Part shown: positions 8,910-18,118 of the stretch, piece after piece | Position numbering within the stretch: the stretch's first letter is position 1 | Layout of the letters: every line of letters begins with the position of its first letter | NCBI GenBank assembly: GCA_017556745.1 | Contig: JAFYMF010000010.1 | Location: forward strand, 21,229-85,228 | Length of the DNA stretch: 64,000 nucleotides | Source: Clostridia bacterium | Lineage (GTDB): Bacteria > Bacillota > Clostridia > Oscillospirales > CAG-272 | Direction: 5' to 3' | Made by a program: the position numbers and the translations under genes | Notes under the pieces: model-generated | What the model saw: only the letters and a program-made list of their open reading frames with translations | Database searches by the model: none | What the model was told of the DNA's origin: nothing

Positions 8910-9968
8910 GTGAAAGTAAAGGATCTTGAAACTCCTGCCCTTGTCGTTATACGCGACAGAATGGAGTATAATCTTAATAAAATGGTCGGTATGCTTGAAG
9001 GTGGAAAGGCTAAGCTTCGTCCGCATTACAAGAGCCATAAGTGTCCCGAGATCGCCGCAATGCAGATCGAGGCAGGAGCTATCGGTATAACATGTGCAAA
9101 GCTTTCTGAGGCAGAGGATCTTATAGAATACGGTATTAAGGATATTCTCATTGCAAATCAGGTTGTACAGCCGTCAAAAATACTTCGCCTTGCCGCTCTG
9201 GCGCGTTGTTGCCGTCTTACGGTCTGTGTTGACTGTGAGGAGAATATAAGGGCAATTTCCGATGCGGCATCAGTTGCCGGTAGTACTGTTAATCTCTACA
9301 TAGAATTTGATGTTGGTATGAAGAGATGCGGTGTTGACGAATTCAGTGAAGTATATCGCCTTGCATGTATTATTGATGCTTTACCCGGAGTTACCTATGG
9401 TGGTATTCAGGCATACGCAGGGAATCTTGCTCATGAATATGATAAGGAAAAGCGTGAAAGGGAAGCGCTTATCAACCGTGAAAGAGTAAATGCGCTTGCT
9501 TATTATCTCGAACAAAGAGGTATTAAGAATCCCGAGATCAGCGGCGGAAGCACAGGAACGTCTTATCTGAAGTCCGACGGATCGGTATATACCGAAATAC
9601 AGGCAGGCTCCTTTATGTTTATGGACAGAGCCTATGGAAGAATGGAGCTTGGATTCAGAAATTCTCTCTTCGTTATTGCAACCGTAATCTCTGTAAAAGA
9701 GGACAGAGTGGTTATTGATGCGGGAATGAAGAGCCTTACAACCGATCAGGGTGAGCCCCTTATATGCGGTTGGGATCACGACAGTATATCACTCAGCGAA
9801 GAGCATACTACATTCTACGGTGCTCATAAGTTTAGAGTCGGGGATATGGTAATGGTTATACCCGGTCATTGCTGTACTACAGTTAATCTTTATGATGAAT
9901 TGTATTTTGTTCAGGGTGAGAACGTTCTCAGAAAATTATCTGTGACTGGCCGCGGAAAGTCAAGATGA
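8910..9968 (+). CDS. D-serine-deaminase-like / D-threonine-aldolase-like PLP enzyme (alanine racemase N-terminal fold)
   Basis: 352 aa, GTG start; LETPALVV...LRPHYKSHKCPEIAAMQ (PLP lysine context), GITCAKLSEAE. Confidence 0.7.
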   Translation: MKVKDLETPALVVIRDRMEYNLNKMVGMLEGGKAKLRPHYKSHKCPEIAAMQIEAGAIGITCAKLSEAEDLIEYGIKDILIANQVVQPSKILRLAALARCCRLTVCVDCEENIRAISDAASVAGSTVNLYIEFDVGMKRCGVDEFSEVYRLACIIDALPGVTYGGIQAYAGNLAHEYDKEKREREALINRERVNALAYYLEQRGIKNPEISGGSTGTSYLKSDGSVYTEIQAGSFMFMDRAYGRMELGFRNSLFVIATVISVKEDRVVIDAGMKSLTTDQGEPLICGWDHDSISLSEEHTTFYGAHKFRVGDMVMVIPGHCCTTVNLYDELYFVQGENVLRKLSVTGRGKSR

Positions 9969-9993
9969 CTTGTAGATATAGGGTGGAGAAAAA

Positions 9994-11376
9994 ATGTCTG
10001 TTTTTGTAAAAGATAAAAATTTTTACCGTCAGTTCTTTATACTGACATTAACTATAGCACTGCAGAACGTTATCGTATACAGTGTTAATCTGGCTGATAA
10101 CGTAATGCTGGGTAAATTTGATGAAAACGCAATGGCAGGTGTTGCGCTTGTAAATCAGGTGCAGTTTATGCTTCAGTCCATGATAATGGGTCTTGCTGAG
10201 GCGGCATTGATGTTTTCTTCCCGTAACTGGGGAGAGAAGGATATTACTTCGATAAGAAAAATAACGAATATCTCTGTCAAATGCGGCCTGACCCTTTCCT
10301 TTGCACTTTTTGCTATAGCGTGCTTTATGCCGGATATGTTACTTGGTCTTCTTTCAAGCGACGCGAAAGAAGTTGCCGAGGGTGTCGGGTACATGCGAAT
10401 AATATGCTATACTTATCCAATGTTTGCTGTAACTCAATTACTTATCTATATGCTCAGAAGCGTTGAGACTGTAAGAATAGGTCTTATAACCTCGATTTCA
10501 ACCCTTATTATAAACGTGTGCCTCAACTATGTATTTATATTCGGTAATTTCGGTTTTGAACCGATGGGTGCCAAGGGTGCGGCAATTGCTACTCTCGTAT
10601 CCAGAAGTCTCGAGCTTGTTATCGTCTGTACATATGTATTTTTTGTTGACAAAAAGGTTAAAATGCGAATAAAACATTTTGGACGTATGGACAGAGGTCT
10701 TTTTCGGATGTACGTGAAAAAAGGAAGTCCGGTTTTTCTTTCGGGAACACTGTGGGGATTTGCTCAGGGAGTACAAACGGCAGTGCTCGGACATACGGCA
10801 GGTCCTACCATAAAGGCTAACAGCATAGCCGCCGTTGTATTTCAGATGGTATCTGTAGTTGCCTATGCATCTGCCTCGGCAACCTCGGTAGTCATCGGAA
10901 AGGCTATCGGCGAGGGTAAGAAGGCTCTTGTGAAGCCTTACGCAAAGACTCTTCAGATGTTATTCCTCATGATAGGTATCTTTACCGGTGCGGTATTGTT
11001 TTTATTAAAGGATCCTGTTATCAGTTTTTACAATATAAGTGACGAGGCAAAGGCTGTTGCCGATCAGTTTATGACAGTGCTTGCCATTACCGTAATAGGA
11101 ACATCCTATCAGATGCCTTGCCATACGGGTATTGTCCGTGCCGGCGGAGATACATCGTTTGTACTTAAGGTAGACTCGATATTTATGTGGCTCGTAACTA
11201 TTCCCATAGCGGCTATTGCTTCATTTGTGTTTAACGCTCCGCCTGTAGTAGTATTTATCTGTCTCAAGTGTGATCAGATACTTAAATGTTGCCCGGCGGT
11301 AATAAAAGTAAATAGCTTTAATTACATAAAGTCTCTTAAAACAGACGGAGAAAAAGAAATAACTGAACAGGAGTGA
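9994..11376 (+). CDS. MATE-family efflux transporter (second copy)
   Basis: 460 aa polytopic; FYRQFFILTLTIALQNVIVYSVNLADNVMLG typical MATE N-terminus. Confidence 0.85.
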   Translation: MSVFVKDKNFYRQFFILTLTIALQNVIVYSVNLADNVMLGKFDENAMAGVALVNQVQFMLQSMIMGLAEAALMFSSRNWGEKDITSIRKITNISVKCGLTLSFALFAIACFMPDMLLGLLSSDAKEVAEGVGYMRIICYTYPMFAVTQLLIYMLRSVETVRIGLITSISTLIINVCLNYVFIFGNFGFEPMGAKGAAIATLVSRSLELVIVCTYVFFVDKKVKMRIKHFGRMDRGLFRMYVKKGSPVFLSGTLWGFAQGVQTAVLGHTAGPTIKANSIAAVVFQMVSVVAYASASATSVVIGKAIGEGKKALVKPYAKTLQMLFLMIGIFTGAVLFLLKDPVISFYNISDEAKAVADQFMTVLAITVIGTSYQMPCHTGIVRAGGDTSFVLKVDSIFMWLVTIPIAAIASFVFNAPPVVVFICLKCDQILKCCPAVIKVNSFNYIKSLKTDGEKEITEQE

Positions 11377-11380
11377 AATA

Positions 11381-11953
11381 ATGACACAGAGAGAACTGAT
11401 AGATTTTCTCGGGGTGATAGGGAAGCTCAAGGTCAATACCAGACATTGCTGGACAACACAGGACAGGCAGGAGAGCGTAGCTGAGCACTCATGGCGGCTT
11501 GCATTGATGCCTCTCCTTATTGCTGACCATTATCCCGATGTAGATATAAACAAGGTTGTTAAAATGTGCCTTATACATGATTTTGGAGAGGCGCTTACTG
11601 GAGATATCCCCTCATTTTTTAAAACCGAGTCACACGAAGAAACCGAGCAAAAGGCTACGGAAAAGATTCTCAGGATGCTCTCAGATCCTGTAAAAGAAGA
11701 GTTTACCGCTCTTTTTGATGAGATGGAAGCAATGGAGTCCCAAGAGGCAAAGCTCTTTAAGGCACTTGATAATCTTGAGGCAGTGGTTGCTCATAATGAA
11801 GCGGATATTTCAAGTTGGATTGAGATGGAATATACCGAAAATCTCAGATACGGAAATGAAACTGCGAAATTTTCTGAATATACAAGAAAACTCAGAGAGA
11901 TCCTCACTGAAGACGGCAAAGAAAAGATCAAAAGAGAAAGGAAAGACATGTAG
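11381..11953 (+). CDS. HD-domain phosphohydrolase (YfbR-like 5'-nucleotidase family)
   Basis: ESVAEHSWRLALM and CLIHDFGEALTGDIP give the H...HD...D metal ligands. Confidence 0.75.
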   Translation: MTQRELIDFLGVIGKLKVNTRHCWTTQDRQESVAEHSWRLALMPLLIADHYPDVDINKVVKMCLIHDFGEALTGDIPSFFKTESHEETEQKATEKILRMLSDPVKEEFTALFDEMEAMESQEAKLFKALDNLEAVVAHNEADISSWIEMEYTENLRYGNETAKFSEYTRKLREILTEDGKEKIKRERKDM

Positions 11954-12600
11954 TGAAAAAGTTTATTCTTTTTGATTTTGACGGTACCATAACCGACACC
12001 GGAGAGGGAATAATTAAGGGAGTGGAATACGCTCTTGTTAAAATGGGCAAGGATCCCGGCACGGAGGATGATCGCCGTCGTTTTGTAGGTCCGCCCCTCA
12101 GACAGGCTTTTGAGCGATTTTGCGATATGGATACCCCCACTGCAACCGAGGCTGTGAGAGTATATAGAGAATATTACAGAGAAATAGGTCTTTTTGAGGC
12201 TTGTCTGTACGATGGTATAGCTGATCAGCTCAGGCGCTTGAAGGAAAACGGTGCAAAGATCGCAGTAGCAAGCTCCAAGCCCACGATATTTATAAACCGC
12301 TTGATCGAGTATTTTGAAATCGAAGATCTGTTCGATTTTGTGGCAGGAAGTGAGCTTGACGGAAGAAATACCGACAAGGCTGCAGTTATCGAAATTGCTA
12401 TGAAATATCTTGGTGCAAATAAAGAAGACACTGTTATGGTGGGGGACCGCAATCACGATATTATTGGCGCAAAGAAACATGGCATTATCTCTGTTGGGGT
12501 ACTTTACGGCTACGGTTCAAGAGAAGAACTGACTGCGACCGATGCCGACAGAATAGCCGAAAATGTCTCTGAGCTTTATACTATTATTTCAGAACTGTAA
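11953..12600 (+). CDS. HAD-superfamily hydrolase (phosphoglycolate phosphatase-like)
   Basis: GTG start overlapping the previous stop by 1 nt; FDFDGTITDT (motif I), ASSK (motif II), GDRNHDI (motif IV). Confidence 0.8.
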   Translation: MKKFILFDFDGTITDTGEGIIKGVEYALVKMGKDPGTEDDRRRFVGPPLRQAFERFCDMDTPTATEAVRVYREYYREIGLFEACLYDGIADQLRRLKENGAKIAVASSKPTIFINRLIEYFEIEDLFDFVAGSELDGRNTDKAAVIEIAMKYLGANKEDTVMVGDRNHDIIGAKKHGIISVGVLYGYGSREELTATDADRIAENVSELYTIISEL

Positions 12601-12931
12601 ACATAAAAAACAATTTAACGAGTTTTGCGTTTTTGGTATATGCGGTGGCCGTTTCGGGATAAGAGCATAAAACAAGCGGCTTGCCTTTTTGGAAGTTGAT
12701 CTTCTAAAAGGGTACAGCCGCTTTTTTGAAAAAATCTTGACAAAATCAAAACTATATGATAATGTCGTGACAGGGGACAGTTGGGGCAACTGGTGGAGAC
12801 TATTCACCGCATTTGCACATTAGTATAGGAACAGCAGAAACTATAAATGCACAAGCAAGAACTTATTTGGATCCACTTGTATTCATTCCTTTTGGGTGAT
12901 TTTATAAATGTTTTTTGAAAGGAGAGATAAC

Positions 12932-13909
12932 ATGAAAAAAATAATAGTTCTATTGACTCTGATATGTATTCTTGCTGTGACAATATCCTGCGCTGAAGTC
13001 GATACACATGATCCCGGGAACGTTACAAATGACAGGGACTCGGATACCACGGAAAACAACAGTGACGAAGGATCTGTTACCGATGACAATGACCTGTCGA
13101 GAGATACTACCGTGCCTGATGTCGGTGTAACTGATGTTACCGACGTTACTGCTGCTTCTGCCGATGATATTCCCGGAGCATCGGGCGGACCGGATCTTTG
13201 TCAATTGCACGGTCTATACTTTCATACCTTTACCGGGGTACTGACAGACTACGTCGGAGTGGAAAAGTTTAACGAATGGTTTGAAAACTCTTACGAAAAG
13301 GAATCGGGAATTGAAGGCTGTAAATATTATGCAAATATTTATCGGTTTATAGATTATTTTGATGTTTCGAGAGAGGCATTTGAAGAGCTGTATTACAGTA
13401 CTTCAATGTTCTATTCTTCCGATTATAATATAGACATTCTTTACGGTACGGACGAAGCAGCGGTTGATCGGTATTATCGGTCATATGCCGAACGTAAGGA
13501 TGAGCGGGAAAAATATTCTTCTCTTGGTGAAATAAAACTCGGGATACTTGAGTACGCGATGAATTCAAATGATAAAAAAACACAAGAATTTTTTGAAGCA
13601 CATTGCAAAAATCAAATTCTAAACATAAATGACTGGAGTATTGCTGATTTTGTAAGGGCAACGGGAATAAAGAAAAGTGATTTGCAGGCTCTCGTTGCAG
13701 ATATAACCGTACGAGAATATCCCGGTATGACTGTTGTTTTGAATTGCTTTTACCTTGATTACGATACTCTCTACAGCATAACTGCCGAAAATCCTGTGGC
13801 AAATAATGATACGGTTTCCGTCATTGATAAAATTAATGAAGACCTGATATTCTGCGGCAGAGAAAAATTGAGTATCAGTATTGCGGATGAAAATACAAGT
13901 GTTAAGTAA
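12932..13909 (+). CDS. lipoprotein of unknown function, paralog of 23498-24319
   Basis: ATG 12932 after GAAAGGAGAG; MKKIIVLLTLICILAVTISC lipobox; D/T-rich linker; shared motifs with the 23498 gene (ANIYxFxxxFD, NIDxLY, DxYYR). Confidence 0.7.
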   Translation: MKKIIVLLTLICILAVTISCAEVDTHDPGNVTNDRDSDTTENNSDEGSVTDDNDLSRDTTVPDVGVTDVTDVTAASADDIPGASGGPDLCQLHGLYFHTFTGVLTDYVGVEKFNEWFENSYEKESGIEGCKYYANIYRFIDYFDVSREAFEELYYSTSMFYSSDYNIDILYGTDEAAVDRYYRSYAERKDEREKYSSLGEIKLGILEYAMNSNDKKTQEFFEAHCKNQILNINDWSIADFVRATGIKKSDLQALVADITVREYPGMTVVLNCFYLDYDTLYSITAENPVANNDTVSVIDKINEDLIFCGREKLSISIADENTSVK

Positions 13910-13979
13910 CGGTTTATACCGTTGTACGGTATGAGAAAGATAATGAAGGGACACTGCGGCAGTGCCCCGTATACAGCAG

Positions 13980-14007
13980 ATCCCCCCGACCGATCGGTCG
14001 GGGGGAT
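13980..14007. terminator. perfect 28-nt GC-rich palindrome, probable terminator
   Basis: atccccccgaccgatcggtcggggggat. Confidence 0.5.
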
Positions 14008-14026
14008 TAATTAGTTTATATTGCTT

Positions 14027-14175
14027 TTACTTTTCGTTCTTTTCTTTGGTTACAACTATCTGACAGAGCTTAATGATCTCCATAATGGGAATTATAACCA
14101 TTGCGATAAGGATAGCGATAACGTATTCCTCAATGGAGATGGAGGCAAAGCCGAATGCATTACGAAGGAAGAGAA
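14027..14175 (-). pseudogene. relic of the last ~48 codons of a P-type cation ATPase (paralogous to 18119-20770)
   Basis: Reverse translation ...LFLRNAFGFASISIEEYVIAILIAMVIIPIMEIIKLCQIVVTKEKNEK* versus the intact gene's ...PFLRDAFGFVSISLEEYVIAILIAIVIIPVMEIIKLCQRIFSKGKNTEA*. Identical 26-nt run gcgataaggatagcgataacgtattc (14103-14128 and 18198-18223). No upstream ATPase body. Confidence 0.8.
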
Positions 14176-14300
14176 ATGAGCAATATTTTACATATACTGA
14201 GCAAAAAAAGCAAGATTTTACTATAAAAATGATCCTTAGGCTGATATAATAGGTGCATACAAAATGTATAAAAGGTTAAATATATACTTGAATTTCCGCT

Positions 14301-15113
14301 CTATTTTTTGCTCCTAAGGTTTTTGCGGTATTCGGTTGGAGAAACACCTTTTTCGGCTTTGAAGACCTTGCATAAATAAGACGAGGAATTAAAACCGCAG
14401 CCGGTAGCAATATCGGTGAGCTTCAACTTTTCGTTTTTCATAAGGTCCGTTGCCGCGCGGATCTTTACAGTATTGAGATAAGAGATCAGAGGAATTCCGA
14501 GGCATCTGTTAAAGGTACGGCAAAGATGATATTTTGAAATAAAAAAATGATCCGCTATCTGCTTTATATCGTTTATTTCACTATAATTGTCATTGATATA
14601 CCTTACTATTTGTCCGATACGTCTGTCGGAGTAGGGTGTGGCAATATAATTGTTTGCAGAGGTGAATATACTGAATAGCATGTGAATGAGCCGAGATGCC
14701 AAAACGGGGGAATAATTATCACCGTTCTCGGAATATTCACCCATCATTTTATTGAGCTCGGCTTCTATATATGTACGCAGATTCTCCTCGGGACGGAATA
14801 TCAGCGGTCTGTAAAGCGGAAGTGTAGCCAGTGTTTCATCCGTAAAAAAACGGCTGAGAAAAACATCTGAAAAGTATATCAAAATACGTGTTGTTACTTT
14901 CCCTCCGGTACGGTGTATGATCTCCCGAGGGATCAGTACGATGTCTCCTTCTGTAACACGATAAAACTCATCACCGATAAAATATTCTCTCTCTCCACGG
15001 AGGCAATAATAAAGCTCGTGGGTGTGGTGATAATGCATATTGTGCATAGATAGAATGCTCGTATGCTTTTCAATATGAAAATCCAGAGTTTTGTCGTATG
15101 CCACTTGCGTCAT
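14301..15113 (-). CDS. AraC-family transcriptional regulator (cupin sensor + HTH)
   Basis: 270 aa; N-terminal cupin HNMHYHHTHELYY, C-terminal AraC HTH (IADHFFISKYHLCRTFNR ... TDIATGCGFNSSSYLCKVFKAEKGVSPTEYR). Confidence 0.85.
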   Translation of the reverse strand: MTQVAYDKTLDFHIEKHTSILSMHNMHYHHTHELYYCLRGEREYFIGDEFYRVTEGDIVLIPREIIHRTGGKVTTRILIYFSDVFLSRFFTDETLATLPLYRPLIFRPEENLRTYIEAELNKMMGEYSENGDNYSPVLASRLIHMLFSIFTSANNYIATPYSDRRIGQIVRYINDNYSEINDIKQIADHFFISKYHLCRTFNRCLGIPLISYLNTVKIRAATDLMKNEKLKLTDIATGCGFNSSSYLCKVFKAEKGVSPTEYRKNLRSKK

Positions 15114-15279
15114 TACTGTACTCCTTTATCCTTTATTTGAAATCATTATACATTACAGCACGGTTTTAGGCAAGAAAAAAAGAGCAATATTTTATATATA
15201 TCAGTGTTTTATTTAAAAAAATTGCATAAAAAGGTTATTTTAACTTTAATATAAATTGAATTATATGGGGGAAATAATA

Positions 15280-18051
15280 ATGAAACATCTAATTAAAGCT
15301 ATCTTATGCTGCGGGCTTACAGTTTCGTTACTCTTGACCGGTTGTAGCGGGGATGATGTAATCGGAACGGACACTATCGTTCCGGTGGACACAAATCCTA
15401 CGGATACACCGGAAGTAGATATCGTTAAGCACGAGATATCGATTTCAGAAGTTGAGAGTATTCTTGCGGCAAACGGACTCATGACTAACGAAGACAAATA
15501 TATCGGACTCTCCGGAGTTTGGCATGGCGGTCAGCAGATGAGAGTATGTCATACCGAGAGAGGTACATATTCTGCATTTGCTTCTGTTGTCGGAGAAACG
15601 AAAGACGAAATGCAGAAGTTTTATGTGGCAAAAAACGATAGCGAGGGTAATTCGAATCTGCTGTATTACGGAGAATTCCCATTTGACGATTCCGAGGTAA
15701 CTGTCAATATCGGTCAGGATATAAACGGAGATATTATTGTAACCACGTCATCTCGAGTAAGTCAGACAGTTTACATATTCGATCATGAAACCGATGAAAT
15801 GACAAAATATGAATCTGTCCCGAAGTTTTCTTCCGAGGCAGAGCTTGGCTATAGCCAGCTTATGCTCGACCTTGAAAACAGAAAGCTGTATATATTTAAC
15901 TGTGCAGGTTCGGGTACAAGAGCCGAGACGGTCGGTGATTCTGTGCTTGAATGGTATTCATTCGACCTTGATTCAAAAGAATGGTCTGACAACAGTGTTC
16001 TTATGCGTACCGAGGATATAGGCAGACACTCATATCTTTATCCTTTCCCGGACGGAAAGGGTGGTGCATATATAGCATCAATCAGAAATGAGTATTCCAT
16101 CTTTGCCGAGGGAAGATTTTCTCTTGCCGGTGAGAGCTATCTTTGGGACCGTTTGGGACTTTTCTATATTCCCGATCTCACCTCAAATGAAAACACCGAA
16201 TATACACTTGTACAGCCGGAAGACGATTCCTTGGGACTTGAGGGGATTTGGTCTAACATCAGCAGTCAAAATATAGATGCATATATTGACTCAAACGGAT
16301 ATATGCACATAACTTATATGTTCTACCTTATCGATTACACATGGACAAATACCGATTTTGACAATAAGCTTCAGTATCGCCACGCGGTATATAACGGCAT
16401 GGAGTGTGTCTTCAACGAGAAACTCGAGGTTCCTGTTGAAGATTGGCAGTATTACAGACCTGTGGTAAGAGAGAGTACCGATGGAAAGCTGCATCTCATC
16501 TTGGTTAAGATGTGGGATAAGCCTATTCAGATCGATTTCTACAGTGCGGCAGATGATTTGGGAAAAAGCTGGAAGCATGAGAAAAACGTAAAGCTTGAAG
16601 AGGGTGTCACTACCGACTCTCTGACTGTAAGCGGTGTCCGTGAGGGGTCTGTTCAGGATAATGTGCTCAGCAGCTTCTTCTACGGATATACCGATGCGAC
16701 AGATAAAACAGGGTTTACCTTTAATATATCTCTCGAAGACTACAGTGTAACAAAGCTTGTAAACCTGCTTGAGGGCTATGATCTTCAGAACGATTGGTAT
16801 CATGATGAAAGGATCCCTTATACCGATCACCAGACCTGTGCTGTTCGTACAGAAAACGGTACATATGCCGCCTTCGTGTACAATTACAGCTATTGGGATG
16901 AGATCGAGTATTACCACATTGTAAAGATCGACAATGACAAAAACGTTACGGTCCTCTATTCCGACAGCTTTAAGTCTGATCAGAATAAGAGCCTCACTAT
17001 ATCGTCAGACGGAAACGGAAACGTTTATGTCGTACCGCCGCATGGACGAAATGTTTATCTTATCGATACCGCTACCGATGAGGTGACTCTGCACGAGCTT
17101 ACACCTATACTTACAACCAAGCTTTTCCCAAGACAAATGAGCATTGTCTCTGTTCCCGAAACCGAGGATAAATACTGTATCTCTGTTCTGGAGCAAGGTT
17201 CTGCCGGTTTTGCGGCGTTCCCGCTGGATTCCGAAAGCATGACGATCAAGCTCAAAAACGTAATCAACTATGAGTGTGAACGTGAGCTGATAGGAAACTA
17301 CAACAGCTTTTATACTCTGAGCGACGGCAAAAACGGTATGTACATGGTAAGCACAAGAAATGTAACTTTGAGTGAAGATCTCGACGGTAAGCTTGAATAT
17401 AACGGCTACTTGAAGAAGATAGACGATTCGGTTATGATGTTCTATATTTCAGATATTACGGATGCAGCATCTATGAAGTGTATTGATATCGAAGTTCCCT
17501 ACGAGGATGAGGGCTCTGACGGAATTTGGTCAATTGTAAAGATAAATGACGTATATCTTGATTTCGCAGGGAAGCTTAACGTTATCTATACATACTATCA
17601 TTTTGATCTTGATGATAAGGACAGACGCGAGAACTCCGAACTTATAAATAATACTGTTAAGCATTATCTCGCTGTTTATGACGGTACCAAACTTGTTTCA
17701 AAGGATGAGCTTATGATTGATGGGCTTACCAAGGACACATCCGTCAGAATGACGGAGGCATCCGATGGAACGGTTTACCTTCTTACCTGCAATCTACAGA
17801 GAGCACTTGAAAATCTCGGATATGATAAGCTCAGATATATCCGTTATCCTGAGGGCGGAGAAGCTAAAATATCCGTTTACTGCATGGAAGATGACGGCTG
17901 GACTCTTGTGGCTACCAAGGAACTTGGTGAAATTGTGGCAGATGGCTTTTTCGTAAGCAAACCGTCAGGGGATGACGTTATTGACTGTATCGTATATGCA
18001 TCAGATAATGATGTGTATTACACCAATATAGTCTTTGAAAAAAAGGACTAA
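15280..18051 (+). CDS. large lipoprotein of unknown function built from two tandem ~430-aa homologous modules
   Basis: ATG 15280 after GGGGGA; MKHLIKAILCCGLTVSLLLTGC lipobox; N and C halves align (see finding). Confidence 0.7.
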   Translation: MKHLIKAILCCGLTVSLLLTGCSGDDVIGTDTIVPVDTNPTDTPEVDIVKHEISISEVESILAANGLMTNEDKYIGLSGVWHGGQQMRVCHTERGTYSAFASVVGETKDEMQKFYVAKNDSEGNSNLLYYGEFPFDDSEVTVNIGQDINGDIIVTTSSRVSQTVYIFDHETDEMTKYESVPKFSSEAELGYSQLMLDLENRKLYIFNCAGSGTRAETVGDSVLEWYSFDLDSKEWSDNSVLMRTEDIGRHSYLYPFPDGKGGAYIASIRNEYSIFAEGRFSLAGESYLWDRLGLFYIPDLTSNENTEYTLVQPEDDSLGLEGIWSNISSQNIDAYIDSNGYMHITYMFYLIDYTWTNTDFDNKLQYRHAVYNGMECVFNEKLEVPVEDWQYYRPVVRESTDGKLHLILVKMWDKPIQIDFYSAADDLGKSWKHEKNVKLEEGVTTDSLTVSGVREGSVQDNVLSSFFYGYTDATDKTGFTFNISLEDYSVTKLVNLLEGYDLQNDWYHDERIPYTDHQTCAVRTENGTYAAFVYNYSYWDEIEYYHIVKIDNDKNVTVLYSDSFKSDQNKSLTISSDGNGNVYVVPPHGRNVYLIDTATDEVTLHELTPILTTKLFPRQMSIVSVPETEDKYCISVLEQGSAGFAAFPLDSESMTIKLKNVINYECERELIGNYNSFYTLSDGKNGMYMVSTRNVTLSEDLDGKLEYNGYLKKIDDSVMMFYISDITDAASMKCIDIEVPYEDEGSDGIWSIVKINDVYLDFAGKLNVIYTYYHFDLDDKDRRENSELINNTVKHYLAVYDGTKLVSKDELMIDGLTKDTSVRMTEASDGTVYLLTCNLQRALENLGYDKLRYIRYPEGGEAKISVYCMEDDGWTLVATKELGEIVADGFFVSKPSGDDVIDCIVYASDNDVYYTNIVFEKKD

Positions 18052-18068
18052 AATATATAAAATAAAAA

Positions 18069-18103
18069 CGATCGGACTATCCGCTATACGGATAGCCCGA
18101 TCA
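18069..18103. terminator. bidirectional terminator between convergent genes
   Basis: gatcggactatccg-ctata-cggatagcccgatc then attttacgttt. Confidence 0.6.
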
Positions 18104-18118
18104 TTTTACGTTTATTTA

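Noticed and set aside
11791-12480. 229-aa minus-strand ORF overlapping the HD and HAD genes
   Set aside because: It is antisense to two genes with clear catalytic motifs and has no motif or RBS of its own.
12766-12830. ZTP (pfl) riboswitch-like string CGUGACAGGGG...GGUGGAGACUAUUCACC
   Set aside because: Only a partial resemblance. The conserved 3' CCGCCUGGGC pseudoknot partner is absent, and the downstream gene (a lipoprotein) does not fit the purine/folate regulon.
13980-14007. Perfect 28-nt palindrome as a recombination or restriction-type site
   Set aside because: The simplest reading is a GC-rich terminator hairpin after the lipoprotein gene. No recombinase or repeated copy is visible in the window.
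16291-16917. 208-aa minus-strand ORF inside the large lipoprotein gene
   Set aside because: It is antisense to a gene whose internal duplication supports the plus-strand frame. It has no start context.
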